From sequence record ON190024.1: a DNA stretch of 64,000 bases; one strand, given 5' to 3'. A model generated the notes under the pieces. It ran no database searches, was not told where the DNA came from, and saw only the letters and a list, made by a program, of their open reading frames with translations. Every line of letters starts with the position of its first letter. Position 1 is the stretch's first letter. The position numbers were made by a program, and so were the translations under genes. Positions 18,301 to 26,786 of this stretch are shown here, piece by piece.

Positions 18301-19162
18301 CTGCACTGCGATCACCTGAAACAGGGTCTTGAACAACCTGACCTACTGCTGTTGGTCGAACGCCGATTTGAATTGTCGTTTGACTTTCAATATATGCAAC
18401 ATCTTTAAGATGAATTGTATCGCCCACGTTCGGGTGTAGCGGTAGAGAGATCGCGATTGTTTTTACTGAACCTTCGTATGTGACAGTTTCACCTACGTTC
18501 GTAAAGTAACCACCAGTAGTTAGATAGCCACCTTGTTGACTTGGATGGCTGCCATCTAGGTACGTGTGGTATAGTTGCTGTTCAATTTGATACGTCCATG
18601 CAATCCCGTTGTACACAAGATAAATTGTACTGTTCGGGCGATTGAATGATAGACTTGCATCAGATTGAATTCCGCCATTAATGCCATACGACTGAATAGT
18701 TAGACCGCCTGCTGCTGCAATCGTACATGGGTAAGTCGATAGAATACCGCGCCCATCTTTGATTGTAACAGTATCGCCGGTTAATGGCGTTTCTGGTAGT
18801 GTAATTGTAATTGCTGAACTAGCTGTCAACAATAAGAAGTCACCTACGTTTGCACCAACTGAAGAATCTGTATCTTCCCACTCTGGGTCGGTACGCATCT
18901 TCTTCCACTTCTGTGGGTCAAATGGTTCGGGCGCGGTGATTTCAATGATGTTTTTGTAGAGACGTTGGTTAAATTCAACGATGAAATCTACTTTGTAGTG
19001 CGCTCGTGATGGATCATACTCTTGAACAGTGTTTTCATCAATGAAGTAGCCTTGGTTAATACCGTCGAGCAATTCATCTACTCGTGGGTTTGCTACGTTA
19101 ATTACATTTTGACCACTTGCATCAAGACCTGACGCACGAAATGCTCTGCGGAATTCCGACAT
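15392..19162 (-). CDS. 34: Long tail fibre proximal subunit gp34
   Basis: FRASGLDASGQNVINVANP N-terminus; repeated ATE.RRG...ATQ.E....D..IVTP..L units; divergent from rnh as in T4; start reassigned to MSEF. Confidence 0.92.
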   Translation of the reverse strand: MSEFRRAFRASGLDASGQNVINVANPRVDELLDGINQGYFIDENTVQEYDPSRAHYKVDFIVEFNQRLYKNIIEITAPEPFDPQKWKKMRTDPEWEDTDSSVGANVGDFLLLTASSAITITLPETPLTGDTVTIKDGRGILSTYPCTIAAAGGLTIQSYGINGGIQSDASLSFNRPNSTIYLVYNGIAWTYQIEQQLYHTYLDGSHPSQQGGYLTTGGYFTNVGETVTYEGSVKTIAISLPLHPNVGDTIHLKDVAYIESQTTIQIGVRPTAVGQVVQDPVSGDRSAVISLDTIGGADITFIDDNGTGVWVITIANNPHLWNYVGESSAVTLKPRTRYAIEIADAVSAMTITLPEKPVDGDWIEISHNKTANKPVTVQVHPNFGDDDPGHGPDEYKVFLDFETYRYQKYRHYVDFVPFFVESFDISDYDSGYSFVLYYDGTRKVWSFGNIATRIDIADELHRKRPGIVPLADPTEALAHGIEYAHPEDVAKPWADQSPLKDHVITVETLDARRAAEDQVGMARIATLGVDEALEESRSGALVRYPDSAFRHDIMITPRSLNARTATETRRGVVEIATQTETRSTTNDVQVITPKKFHAAQAEENLTGVAELVKASNNINANGTVASTANMRSDRTVNGVVDTVYDKTDHLRIVTPKMLDEYRATENQPGTLWVAKSTELRVNDSTVDDAIITPKKLAAWKASSTIRGIARSATQAETNAISGTGEAWTTVFVTPETLNSRTATESRRGVAEIATQVEVDAGTDDTRIVTPLKVATWLAYDHFTSDGVAQGAGYGVSGISHTGDIWNGINLEIALATTTQRGTLETATETEAKVQQTWNGTSWDGTAAAADKIVTPLTLDRRRATETQYGIVRRATNAEIDTATIGGVDNTPVYVSPKDLLRWTRTSTNSRSDETRFGVVRLATPAETFVGNSTDGSTQAYTAYLRTPYAVTPYSLHYALRNYLPLNAKADDSELLDGLDSTQFARRDINQTINGTYTFNAKNVEINAGGWLQVQNAPTGDIVKLDWFDSAPRIRVGGSGASSTATFSIQGAADFVRWQVNSSGYTTQASGATFGSTVTENESSANVDATYGTYSSPAAGTLRQKYLGINNVAKAAEKWVTARTVTFTGDLTGNFTIDGSGNVSTNVQVNDNSHNHSGENITSGTISNDRLIKSSRTNPGIVQVTSDVRTADPVNASDPHQALSAGAGKTLSERIDLFTPDGGTGDNVKYRDYIQVGSVRMSTNNQGVLEFTFGHAI

Positions 19163-19202
19163 TTCATTGCTCCTTTGTTTAGATATGCAATTCGCTATGT
19201 TA

Positions 19203-19210
19203 TATTTAGA
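19203..19210 (-). promoter_or_regulatory. Late promoter for gene 34
   Basis: TCTAAATA. Confidence 0.7.
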
Positions 19211-19241
19211 CACACGATATACACATATAGGAAACGGTAAC

Positions 19242-20174
19242 ATGAGTTTAGAGGGTTTCTTCAAACGAAAGACAAAATCGTTTGACGGCTTGCCAGCGGG
19301 GGTTAATCTCGTTGACTTCAGTCAGATTGTTTTGAGTACAATCATGGCGACATACAAGCCAACTGACTTGCTTACAGTCGATTTGATTCGGCATATCGTT
19401 TTGAACACGCTACGAAGTAACGTGCTTAAAAACAAGATTAAATATCCACGCATCATCTTGTGTATTGATAACGGCAAAGGCGGTTATTGGCGCAAGAAAG
19501 AAGCATGGTATTACAAATTCAAGCGTAGTGAACAGCGTGACGAATCTGGTTGGGATTTTGAGACTATTTTCGATGCAATGGCACAAATCAAAGACGAAAT
19601 AAAGCAGAATATGCCGTATTACGTCATGGACATCGAAGGCGTTGAAGCCGATGACCATATTGGTGTGCTGACTAATTACTACGTGAGCAAAAACGTACCA
19701 GTGTTGATTACTTCTTCGGATGGCGACTTTACTCAGTTGCACACAAGCAAACTTGTAAGTCAATGGTCACCTATTCAGAAGAAGTGGGTCAAGCCAAAAC
19801 ATGGTTCACCAGAAATGGACATCATGTACAAGTGCATCAAAGGCGATAAGAAAGACGGAATAGCTCCGTTGAAAGCGCCGAGCGATCACTACACGCATGG
19901 CGATGGTCGACGAGCGCCTTCTGTTCGCAAAGAAGAGCTCCGCACGCTCATGACATCAACGCCAGAAGAGCTTAAAAAGCTTTTAACCGACGAGCAGTAC
20001 GCTCGTTATGAAGAAAATAGAAAATTGTTAGATTTTGCGTTTATTCCTGAGCATATCAGTGATAGTATTATCGAACAGTTTGAAACGCAAAAGCCTGCTC
20101 CTCGCAGTAAAATCATGATGTATTTCGCTTCTAAGAAGTTAGATAAGCTGATTGAGAGCATGAGCGAATTTTAA
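19242..20174 (+). CDS. rnh: T4-type RNase H (5'-3' nuclease)
   Basis: LVDFSQI, EADDHIG, SSDGDFTQL, KGDKKDGI; start reassigned to MSLEG. Confidence 0.93.
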   Translation: MSLEGFFKRKTKSFDGLPAGVNLVDFSQIVLSTIMATYKPTDLLTVDLIRHIVLNTLRSNVLKNKIKYPRIILCIDNGKGGYWRKKEAWYYKFKRSEQRDESGWDFETIFDAMAQIKDEIKQNMPYYVMDIEGVEADDHIGVLTNYYVSKNVPVLITSSDGDFTQLHTSKLVSQWSPIQKKWVKPKHGSPEMDIMYKCIKGDKKDGIAPLKAPSDHYTHGDGRRAPSVRKEELRTLMTSTPEELKKLLTDEQYARYEENRKLLDFAFIPEHISDSIIEQFETQKPAPRSKIMMYFASKKLDKLIESMSEF

Positions 20175-20182
20175 AAAAAGTG

Positions 20183-20210
20183 TTTAGAACGAAACGTGCT
20201 GCTGTATAAT
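20183..20210 (+). promoter_or_regulatory. dsbA promoter; -10 box flanked by a 9-bp inverted repeat
   Basis: GTTTAGA-16-TATAAT; CGTGCTGCT (20195-20203) / AGCAGCACG (20212-20220). Confidence 0.7.
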
Positions 20211-20256
20211 GAGCAGCACGAAACAACGACATTGAACAAAACATATTGAGGTAACG

Positions 20257-20529
20257 ATGGACATTCTTGAATACGAAACAATTTCAACTCCGCAAGACAA
20301 GCAAGAAGTAGTTAACATGGTTAAGGAAGCTTCTGCATCTTTGTTGCGTATTGATTCTGAGCGCGATCTTATCAAAGACATTGCAAACCGCGCAAAAGAA
20401 GAATTTGAGATCAAGCCTGCTGATTTCAATAAAGTTGTGAAAATGTATCACAAGCAAAACCGCCAAGAAGAACAGGCGAAGTACGAGAAGATCGACAATC
20501 TATACGAGAAGCTATTTGATGAAGAGTGA
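20257..20529 (+). CDS. dsbA: dsDNA-binding protein DsbA
   Basis: IKDIANRAKEEF...FNKVVKMYHKQNR; synteny rnh-dsbA-33-59-32. Confidence 0.88.
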   Translation: MDILEYETISTPQDKQEVVNMVKEASASLLRIDSERDLIKDIANRAKEEFEIKPADFNKVVKMYHKQNRQEEQAKYEKIDNLYEKLFDEE

Positions 20530-20812
20530 AGACTACGTTCTTAAAGAAGAGCTTGGTGATTTAGTGCCACCTATTAAAGGTAGCCTTAGACAGCAAATCT
20601 CTCTAGAAATTGAAGAGATTTACAATAGCTGTCCCGCCATGACCTATCTTGAAGCGTGTTTATTCTTTATTGAGCAATACGATTACGACATTAGTCGCTT
20701 CCCGTATCTGATTAATCAGACGTTGCGAGACAAAATTGAGACTGAGGCGATAAATGAAAAGACTATTAGAAGTCGATTTGGTTCTGCCTCGGACTTGGGT
20801 CAATGGGTATAG
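20519..20812 (+). CDS. 33: Late transcription coactivator gp33
   Basis: MTYLEAC...KIETEAINE; synteny. Confidence 0.85.
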   Translation: MKSEDYVLKEELGDLVPPIKGSLRQQISLEIEEIYNSCPAMTYLEACLFFIEQYDYDISRFPYLINQTLRDKIETEAINEKTIRSRFGSASDLGQWV

Positions 20813-21404
20813 CGTATTTCGCGTCTATTGCGCTGTCAAAGCGCATATGGGTGGTAAGTACGACATCTCCAAGTACAAACTCGGGATGAAAACACCTAGA
20901 TCTGCGTTCGAGAAGCGTTCAGATAAGGTGTTTTTTGAACGGCTAGCCAAACGGCTAACATTGAACGATTGCTATCAGTTGCTTGTTAGCAACTTAGCAG
21001 CTAACCCGAACGCTATCTCATACGAGATAGCGGGTGCTGACGCCCATGAATTCTGGTTGAAACATACGGGATTTTTGGAAATTTACAGTCAACACTACAA
21101 AAACGAGTTACTTTCGATTTTTACTCTTATAAATAAAGAGAATAAAAAATTCAAAGATTTGTTTAGAGGCGAAGGGCATCCAGTTATAATGCAACTCGTA
21201 TTACGAAACACTATCTCGATTGAGACGTTCGTAATTCTGAATAGACTTTTGAACTTCGTCCCTGTAATCGACAAGACATACAGTGATGACATTTTCTGGC
21301 ACGAGTTCAAGACGCGAGCTTTAGCATACGATAAGTTGCTGAAAATCGACGAAGAACTTGCGAAAGAATTGTTTATTCAAGTAAAAAATCAAAGTAAAAT
21401 ATAA
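20754..21404 (+). CDS. 59: Helicase loader gp59
   Basis: KAHMGGKYDISKY, KRSDKVFFERL, ISIETFVIL. Confidence 0.9.
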   Translation: MKRLLEVDLVLPRTWVNGYSVFRVYCAVKAHMGGKYDISKYKLGMKTPRSAFEKRSDKVFFERLAKRLTLNDCYQLLVSNLAANPNAISYEIAGADAHEFWLKHTGFLEIYSQHYKNELLSIFTLINKENKKFKDLFRGEGHPVIMQLVLRNTISIETFVILNRLLNFVPVIDKTYSDDIFWHEFKTRALAYDKLLKIDEELAKELFIQVKNQSKI

Positions 21405-21454
21405 AACACAATACGATACAATATCATACTATACAATACAAGGTAATATACAAT

Positions 21455-22369
21455 ATGTCTATGTTCAAACGCAAATCTCCAGCACAACTTCAAGAAAAAC
21501 TAGAAAAAATGTCAAGCAAAAAGTCATTTGACAACGCTGACGAGTGGAAACTAACCACTGATAAACTAGGTAACGGTTCTGCGGTGATTCGCTTCCTTCC
21601 TGCAAAAGGCGAAGACGACCTACCATTCGTAAAAATCTTCACTCACGGTTTCAAAGAAAACGGCAACTGGTTCATCGAAAACTGTCCATCGACTATCGAT
21701 CTTCCTTGTCCATGCTGTGCAGCTAACGGCGAGCTTTGGAAAACTGAGATCGAAGACAATCAAAACATTGCGCGTAAACGCAAGCGTACTCTTTCATACT
21801 GGGCTAACATCGTTGTAATCAAAGATGACGCAGCGCCAGAAAATGAAGGCAAAGTTTTCAAATACCGCTTCGGTAAGAAAATTCTTGACAAGATCACTCA
21901 AGCTGCTCAAGCAGACGAAGATCTAGGTGTACCTGGCATGGACGTGACTTGTGTATTCGACGGTGCTAACTTCAGCTTGAAAGCTAAGAAAGTATCTGGT
22001 TTCCCTAACTACGACGACTCTAAATTCGGCCCAAGCACTGAGCTATACGGCGGTGACGAAGCTAAACTTAAAGAAGTTTGGGATGCAATGCACGATCTGA
22101 ACGCAATCATTGCGCCTTCAGCTTTCAAATCAGAAGCTGAACTACAGAAACGCTTCTTGCAAGTAACTGGTGCGGCTCAGCCAAAAGCATCGGCTGCTCA
22201 GAATCTTGAAGCGCAACTGAACACTTCTGCACCTGCTCAAGCAAATGCTCCAAAAGCGGCTGCTAAGCCAGCGGCGGCATCAGTAGACGTTGATTCAGAG
22301 CCAGTAACTGACTCTGTTGACGACGAGCTAGACGCACTGCTTGCTGACCTAGAGCTAGGCGACGATTAA
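21455..22369 (+). CDS. 32: ssDNA-binding protein gp32
   Basis: MFKRKS, GNGSAVIRFLP, HGFK, CPSTI..CPCC, acidic tail. Confidence 0.96.
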   Translation: MSMFKRKSPAQLQEKLEKMSSKKSFDNADEWKLTTDKLGNGSAVIRFLPAKGEDDLPFVKIFTHGFKENGNWFIENCPSTIDLPCPCCAANGELWKTEIEDNQNIARKRKRTLSYWANIVVIKDDAAPENEGKVFKYRFGKKILDKITQAAQADEDLGVPGMDVTCVFDGANFSLKAKKVSGFPNYDDSKFGPSTELYGGDEAKLKEVWDAMHDLNAIIAPSAFKSEAELQKRFLQVTGAAQPKASAAQNLEAQLNTSAPAQANAPKAAAKPAAASVDVDSEPVTDSVDDELDALLADLELGDD

Positions 22370-22376
22370 TGAATGG

Positions 22377-22399
22377 AAAGGGGCTTAACAGCCCCTTTG
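22377..22399 (+). terminator. Terminator after gene 32
   Basis: AAAGGGGCT-TAAC-AGCCCCTTT. Confidence 0.8.
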
Positions 22400-22419
22400 T
22401 TCTCTCTATAGGAGATTAA

Positions 22420-22965
22420 ATGAAAGTTCAAATCGTTTTTGCACATGCTATGAGCAAATCACCACATGCCCCTTTTGGCAATCAAAACGCACTCCCTTGG
22501 AAACACAATAAAGAAGACTTAGTACGATTTAAAGCCGCGACAATGAATAGCGTGCTTGTAATGGGTTCTAAGACGTTTGAATCACTACCGGGTAAGTTGC
22601 CCCATCGTCCTCACATTGTGCTTAGTAGCAGCGATACAGCGACGGCTAGAAATGGTCAGCGTGCCGATGTTTACTGTTCGTGTGACGACTTCGGAGCGTT
22701 AATTAAGAACATCGAAAATGTTTATCTTATCGAAGGCTTTGATAAAATAAGTGTTATCGGTGGCCCTAGTGTTATCGAGTCTGCATTACCTTTTGCAGAC
22801 TGCATATATAAAACTACAATCGTTGAAGAAATTGAATCGTACGACGTTACAATTGATTTGACTAAAATATTCTGGCATTTCCCTCACAGAGTGGAATCAG
22901 AGGTCGTTGAATGTCAAAATGGCTCAACGATTTTCATTGAAAAGTTAACAAAGGGTGACTTATGA
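22420..22965 (+). CDS. frd: Dihydrofolate reductase
   Basis: FGNQNALPW, VMGSKTFESL, VIGG motifs. Confidence 0.93.
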   Translation: MKVQIVFAHAMSKSPHAPFGNQNALPWKHNKEDLVRFKAATMNSVLVMGSKTFESLPGKLPHRPHIVLSSSDTATARNGQRADVYCSCDDFGALIKNIENVYLIEGFDKISVIGGPSVIESALPFADCIYKTTIVEEIESYDVTIDLTKIFWHFPHRVESEVVECQNGSTIFIEKLTKGDL

Positions 22966-23681
22966 TTTTTAAGAACAACATTGGATGGTATGCAGGGGCA
23001 GGTTCTGTACGTCATGATTTCTACATCAACGGCCCGATTGAAGAGCCAAGCGATTATGAAGAAATGCTTCAGATTCTACATACCGCGTCTGAAACGGACT
23101 TGGTTTACTTGCACTTGAACACACCTGGCGGTAACTTTGCTGCTGCTTGTCAAATCTGTGATGCAATCATGCAATCTAAAGCGGGCGCGGTTATTGCGTG
23201 CGCTGAAGGTGAAGTATGTAGTGCAGGTACTATGATTTTCCTTGCTTGTAACGGCTGGCACGTATCGCCATTTGCAACGTTTATGTTCCACACATCTAGC
23301 GGTGGTCAAATCGGTAAAATGCCTGACACGTTGAAACAAGCTAAGGCACATGAAGAGCATCTTAACCGCGTTTGTGGTTTGCTTTACGAGCCGTTCTTCG
23401 ATGCTGACGAAATCGACGAGATCATCAACCATAACCAAGACTTGTGGTTGACGCCAGACGAAGTTACTGAGCGCCTACAGCTTATGTCTAAGAAATTTGA
23501 ATCAGACATGAAAGAAGCTGAAGAAAAAATTGCTGGTGACATCGAAGCTCAACTAGAAGAGCAAATTGCCGAGCGTGTTGCTGAAGAGCTTCGCAAGCTG
23601 AAAGAAGATCCTGACGACGAAGAAGTTGAAGAGATTGAAGAAAAGCCGAAGCGCAAACGCAAAACTGCGAAAAAAGCCTAG
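22962..23681 (+). CDS. ClpP-like (S14) serine protease
   Basis: LHLNTPGG, VCSAGTMIF (Ser), FMFH (His), DLWLTPDE. Confidence 0.8.
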   Translation: MIFKNNIGWYAGAGSVRHDFYINGPIEEPSDYEEMLQILHTASETDLVYLHLNTPGGNFAAACQICDAIMQSKAGAVIACAEGEVCSAGTMIFLACNGWHVSPFATFMFHTSSGGQIGKMPDTLKQAKAHEEHLNRVCGLLYEPFFDADEIDEIINHNQDLWLTPDEVTERLQLMSKKFESDMKEAEEKIAGDIEAQLEEQIAERVAEELRKLKEDPDDEEVEEIEEKPKRKRKTAKKA

Positions 23682-23747
23682 TTTAGTTTCTGTTGTAATT
23701 TAAGGGGTGGCAATTTGCTGCTCCTTTCTTAGTTAAAAGGTAAAATA

Positions 23748-24848
23748 ATGTCAGATTTAATGAAATCACTGAAAAAGTCGAGCACTTCTGGTTACGCGCA
23801 AGTTCTTTCTGAAAGCCAGTTTATGTTTGACAAAGACCACACTCGTACGTATGTACCTGCGATTAACATTGCATTCAGTGGTGAAGTAGATGGTGGCTTG
23901 ACTTCAGGGTTAACTGTTCTAGCGGGTCCATCTAAGCACTTTAAATCAAACTTAGGTCTAGTCGGCGTCGCTGCTTATCTGAAGAAGTACCCAGACGCAG
24001 TTTGTGTGTTCATTGATACAGAATTCGGTATTACACCGTCATATTTGCGTTCTCAAGGGGTTGACCCAGACCGTGTTCTTCATATACAATGTGAGAGCGT
24101 TGAGCGCATGAAGTTTGAAATGGCTAATCAGCTTAAAGATCTTGCAGAGCGTAAGCGTGCGAAGAAAGCGGGTGAAGAGCCAGACCGCGTTATCTTCTTC
24201 ATTGACTCGGTTGGTAACGTAGCATCAGCAAAAGAAATCGACGACGCCCAAAACGAGAAGTCGGTTGCTGATATGTCACGTGCGAAACAGTTGAAATCAC
24301 TGTTCCGTATTATCACGCCGTATTTCACAATGCTAGACATTCCTTGTATTGCGATCAACCACACGTATCAGACACAAGAAATGTATTCGAAAACTGTCAT
24401 GTCTGGCGGTACGGGTATCATGTATTCTGCTGATACAGTAATCATCCTCGGCAAGCAACAAGAAAAAGACGGCAAAGAAATCGTCGGCTATCACTTCATC
24501 ATGAACATCGAGAAATCTCGCTTCGTGAAAGAGAAGATGAAAGTTCCATTGACGGTTACTTACGAAAACGGTATCGACCCGTTCTCTGGTCTACTTGATA
24601 TTGCTCTTCAGACTGGTCATGTTGTCAAACCGTCAAACGGATGGTATCAGCGTGCGACTGTTGACGAAGAAACTGGTGAAATGATCGTCGAAGAAAAGAA
24701 ATATCGCGCAAAAGAAACGCAGACTATTTCTTTCTGGAAAGACATCATCAATTCGCCTACGTTCAAAGAAGGCGTCAAGCGCATTTACTGCCTCGGTCAA
24801 TTAGACGAATCTGAACTATTCGGCGAAGTTGACAGCCTATTCGACTAA
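23748..24848 (+). CDS. uvsX: UvsX RecA-like recombinase
   Basis: AGPSKHFKS Walker A, DTEFG, IDSVG, VMSGGTG. Confidence 0.96.
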   Translation: MSDLMKSLKKSSTSGYAQVLSESQFMFDKDHTRTYVPAINIAFSGEVDGGLTSGLTVLAGPSKHFKSNLGLVGVAAYLKKYPDAVCVFIDTEFGITPSYLRSQGVDPDRVLHIQCESVERMKFEMANQLKDLAERKRAKKAGEEPDRVIFFIDSVGNVASAKEIDDAQNEKSVADMSRAKQLKSLFRIITPYFTMLDIPCIAINHTYQTQEMYSKTVMSGGTGIMYSADTVIILGKQQEKDGKEIVGYHFIMNIEKSRFVKEKMKVPLTVTYENGIDPFSGLLDIALQTGHVVKPSNGWYQRATVDEETGEMIVEEKKYRAKETQTISFWKDIINSPTFKEGVKRIYCLGQLDESELFGEVDSLFD

Positions 24849-24856
24849 TACCCACG

Positions 24857-24885
24857 AGACCCGTTGATTTGTCAGCGGGTCTTTT
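24857..24885 (+). terminator. Terminator after uvsX
   Basis: AGACCCGTTGA-TTTG-TCAGCGGGTCTTTT. Confidence 0.75.
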
Positions 24886-24907
24886 AGCCATTTGAGGACG
24901 CCAAATT

Positions 24908-25210
24908 ATGTCACCTACTCAAGCTAGTGAAATACTGACTGAACTACAAGAACGAGTGAAATTTAGTATCATGATTGATGATATTGAAGTTTATATCACT
25001 GATATTATAGTAGATAATAGCGGGAGACTCAAAATTGAATTTGTTACTCAACATCCAGACAAAGAAGATCAAATTCGTCCGCATGTTGAGGCATGTATTA
25101 TGAAACTTATTAGTGAAGAACAAAAACGTAACGGGGTAGAAGAACAATGCAAATCGAGAAGTCGATTTTCTCAAATCTTATCGAAAATCAAGAGTACTTT
25201 GCTACCGTAA
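24908..25210 (+). CDS. 40: Head vertex assembly chaperone gp40
   Basis: RPHVEACI motif; position between uvsX and 41. Confidence 0.75.
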   Translation: MSPTQASEILTELQERVKFSIMIDDIEVYITDIIVDNSGRLKIEFVTQHPDKEDQIRPHVEACIMKLISEEQKRNGVEEQCKSRSRFSQILSKIKSTLLP

Positions 25211-26547
25211 TCCCGCACTTAAAGAAAGAGTATTTTCAGTCAACTGCTCATCAGCACATTTTCATGATGATTAAGAATCACGCGGATGAGTATAAACGTC
25301 GTGCAACGCCTGAAGTGCTTAAAGTATGTCTTGAATCTCTCACGGGGATTAGTGAATACGACTATGCGGAAATTCAGCAAACTATTAATGAATTAGATCC
25401 ACATCCGAGCCATGATTTGCGTTGGCTCATTGACATGACTGAACAGTTTTGTATTGAACAAAGTGTTTTCAACGCCCTGAGTGAATCATTAGCGATTCAA
25501 GAAAACGCAGCAAAGCCACTTGATCAACAAAACAAGCGTATTAAGCCGCTAGGCGCGATTCCCGAATTAATGCGTGACGCGCTCAACGTGTGTTTTGATA
25601 CGTCAGTAGGTCATGATTATTTTGAAGACTGGGAACCTCGATACAAATCATATATCGAGAAAGCAGCAAAAATCCCGTTCAAAATGAACATTCTTAACAA
25701 GATCACTCAAGGTGGTGTTGAAAGAAGTACTCTGAATCTTCTTCTAGCGGGTTCTAACGTAGGTAAATCACTTGCATTATGTCACTTAGCGACTGAGTAT
25801 CTTCTGCAAGGCTACAACGTTCTATACATCAGTATGGAAATGAGTGAAGCGGCAGTATCGAAGCGTATTGATGCCAACTTAATGGACATCAGTATGGACG
25901 ATTTCGATACTATTACTGAAAAAACATACGGCAACAAGATTCAGAATCTTGAGAAGAAAACTCAAGGTAAGTTATTCATCAAACAGTTCCCAACTGCTGG
26001 TGCTAACGTAACTCACTTCAACACGCTCATGAACGAGCTTCGTACGAAGAAGAACGTTATTCCAGACATCGTGATTGTCGATTACTTGGGTATCTGTGCG
26101 AGTTCTCGTGTAAGCAGTTCTGAAAACACATACGTACACGTTAAAGCAATCGCTGAAGAGATTCGTGGTTTTGCTGTTGAACACAACGTAGCTGTTTGGT
26201 CGGCTGCTCAGACCACACGTAACGCATGGGATGCAAGCGACATGGGAATGGGTGACATTGCTGAATCGGCTGGTCTTGCACATACTGCTGACTTGATTCT
26301 AGGTATAATGGAAACTGAAGAAACAGTTGCACTTGGACAACAACGAGTCAAGCAGATTAAGTCGCGTTATGCCGACCGAAATCAAGATCAGACATTTATG
26401 ATTGCTGTTAATAAAGGCAAACAACGATGGGGTGATATTGATGGTACAGCGAATTATTCAGCGCCTGCTCAGTCTCAAGCGAAATCGGCGTCTCCTTTCG
26501 CGCAGAAGAAAGAATCGTCGGCAAAAGCAGAGGCGGTAAATTGGTAG
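25147..26547 (+). CDS. 41: Replicative helicase gp41
   Basis: AGSNVGKS, YISMEM, VDYLGI, AESAGL, KSRY. Confidence 0.96.
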   Translation: MQIEKSIFSNLIENQEYFATVIPHLKKEYFQSTAHQHIFMMIKNHADEYKRRATPEVLKVCLESLTGISEYDYAEIQQTINELDPHPSHDLRWLIDMTEQFCIEQSVFNALSESLAIQENAAKPLDQQNKRIKPLGAIPELMRDALNVCFDTSVGHDYFEDWEPRYKSYIEKAAKIPFKMNILNKITQGGVERSTLNLLLAGSNVGKSLALCHLATEYLLQGYNVLYISMEMSEAAVSKRIDANLMDISMDDFDTITEKTYGNKIQNLEKKTQGKLFIKQFPTAGANVTHFNTLMNELRTKKNVIPDIVIVDYLGICASSRVSSSENTYVHVKAIAEEIRGFAVEHNVAVWSAAQTTRNAWDASDMGMGDIAESAGLAHTADLILGIMETEETVALGQQRVKQIKSRYADRNQDQTFMIAVNKGKQRWGDIDGTANYSAPAQSQAKSASPFAQKKESSAKAEAVNW

Positions 26548-26786
26548 AGATAATCGGGTCTAAGTATTGTCTGGCGTGTCGCAAATTATGTGAGACGCTA
26601 GACAAGAGAGACATTAAATACACATTTTATGACGCATTTGTTCCAAATGAACGCTATGTGATTCTTCAGAAAATTGCTGAAGACGAAGGTTATATTGCCC
26701 ACCCGATAGCGTTCTACAACGGCGAATGCCTTGGCGAGGGTGTGAGCGTCTTATCTCGCATCGACAAACGGTTAGAAGAGGAATGA
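26541..26786 (+). CDS. Glutaredoxin-like protein (NrdH-like)
   Basis: YCLAC redox motif, HPIAF; adjacent to nrdD. Confidence 0.7.
   Translation: MVEIIGSKYCLACRKLCETLDKRDIKYTFYDAFVPNERYVILQKIAEDEGYIAHPIAFYNGECLGEGVSVLSRIDKRLEEE

Noticed and set aside
19163-19264. N-terminal extensions of gp34 (to 19264) and RNase H (from 19167) in the ORF track
   Set aside because: They overlap each other and the late promoter; SD-backed starts at 19162 and 19242 give the expected N-termini
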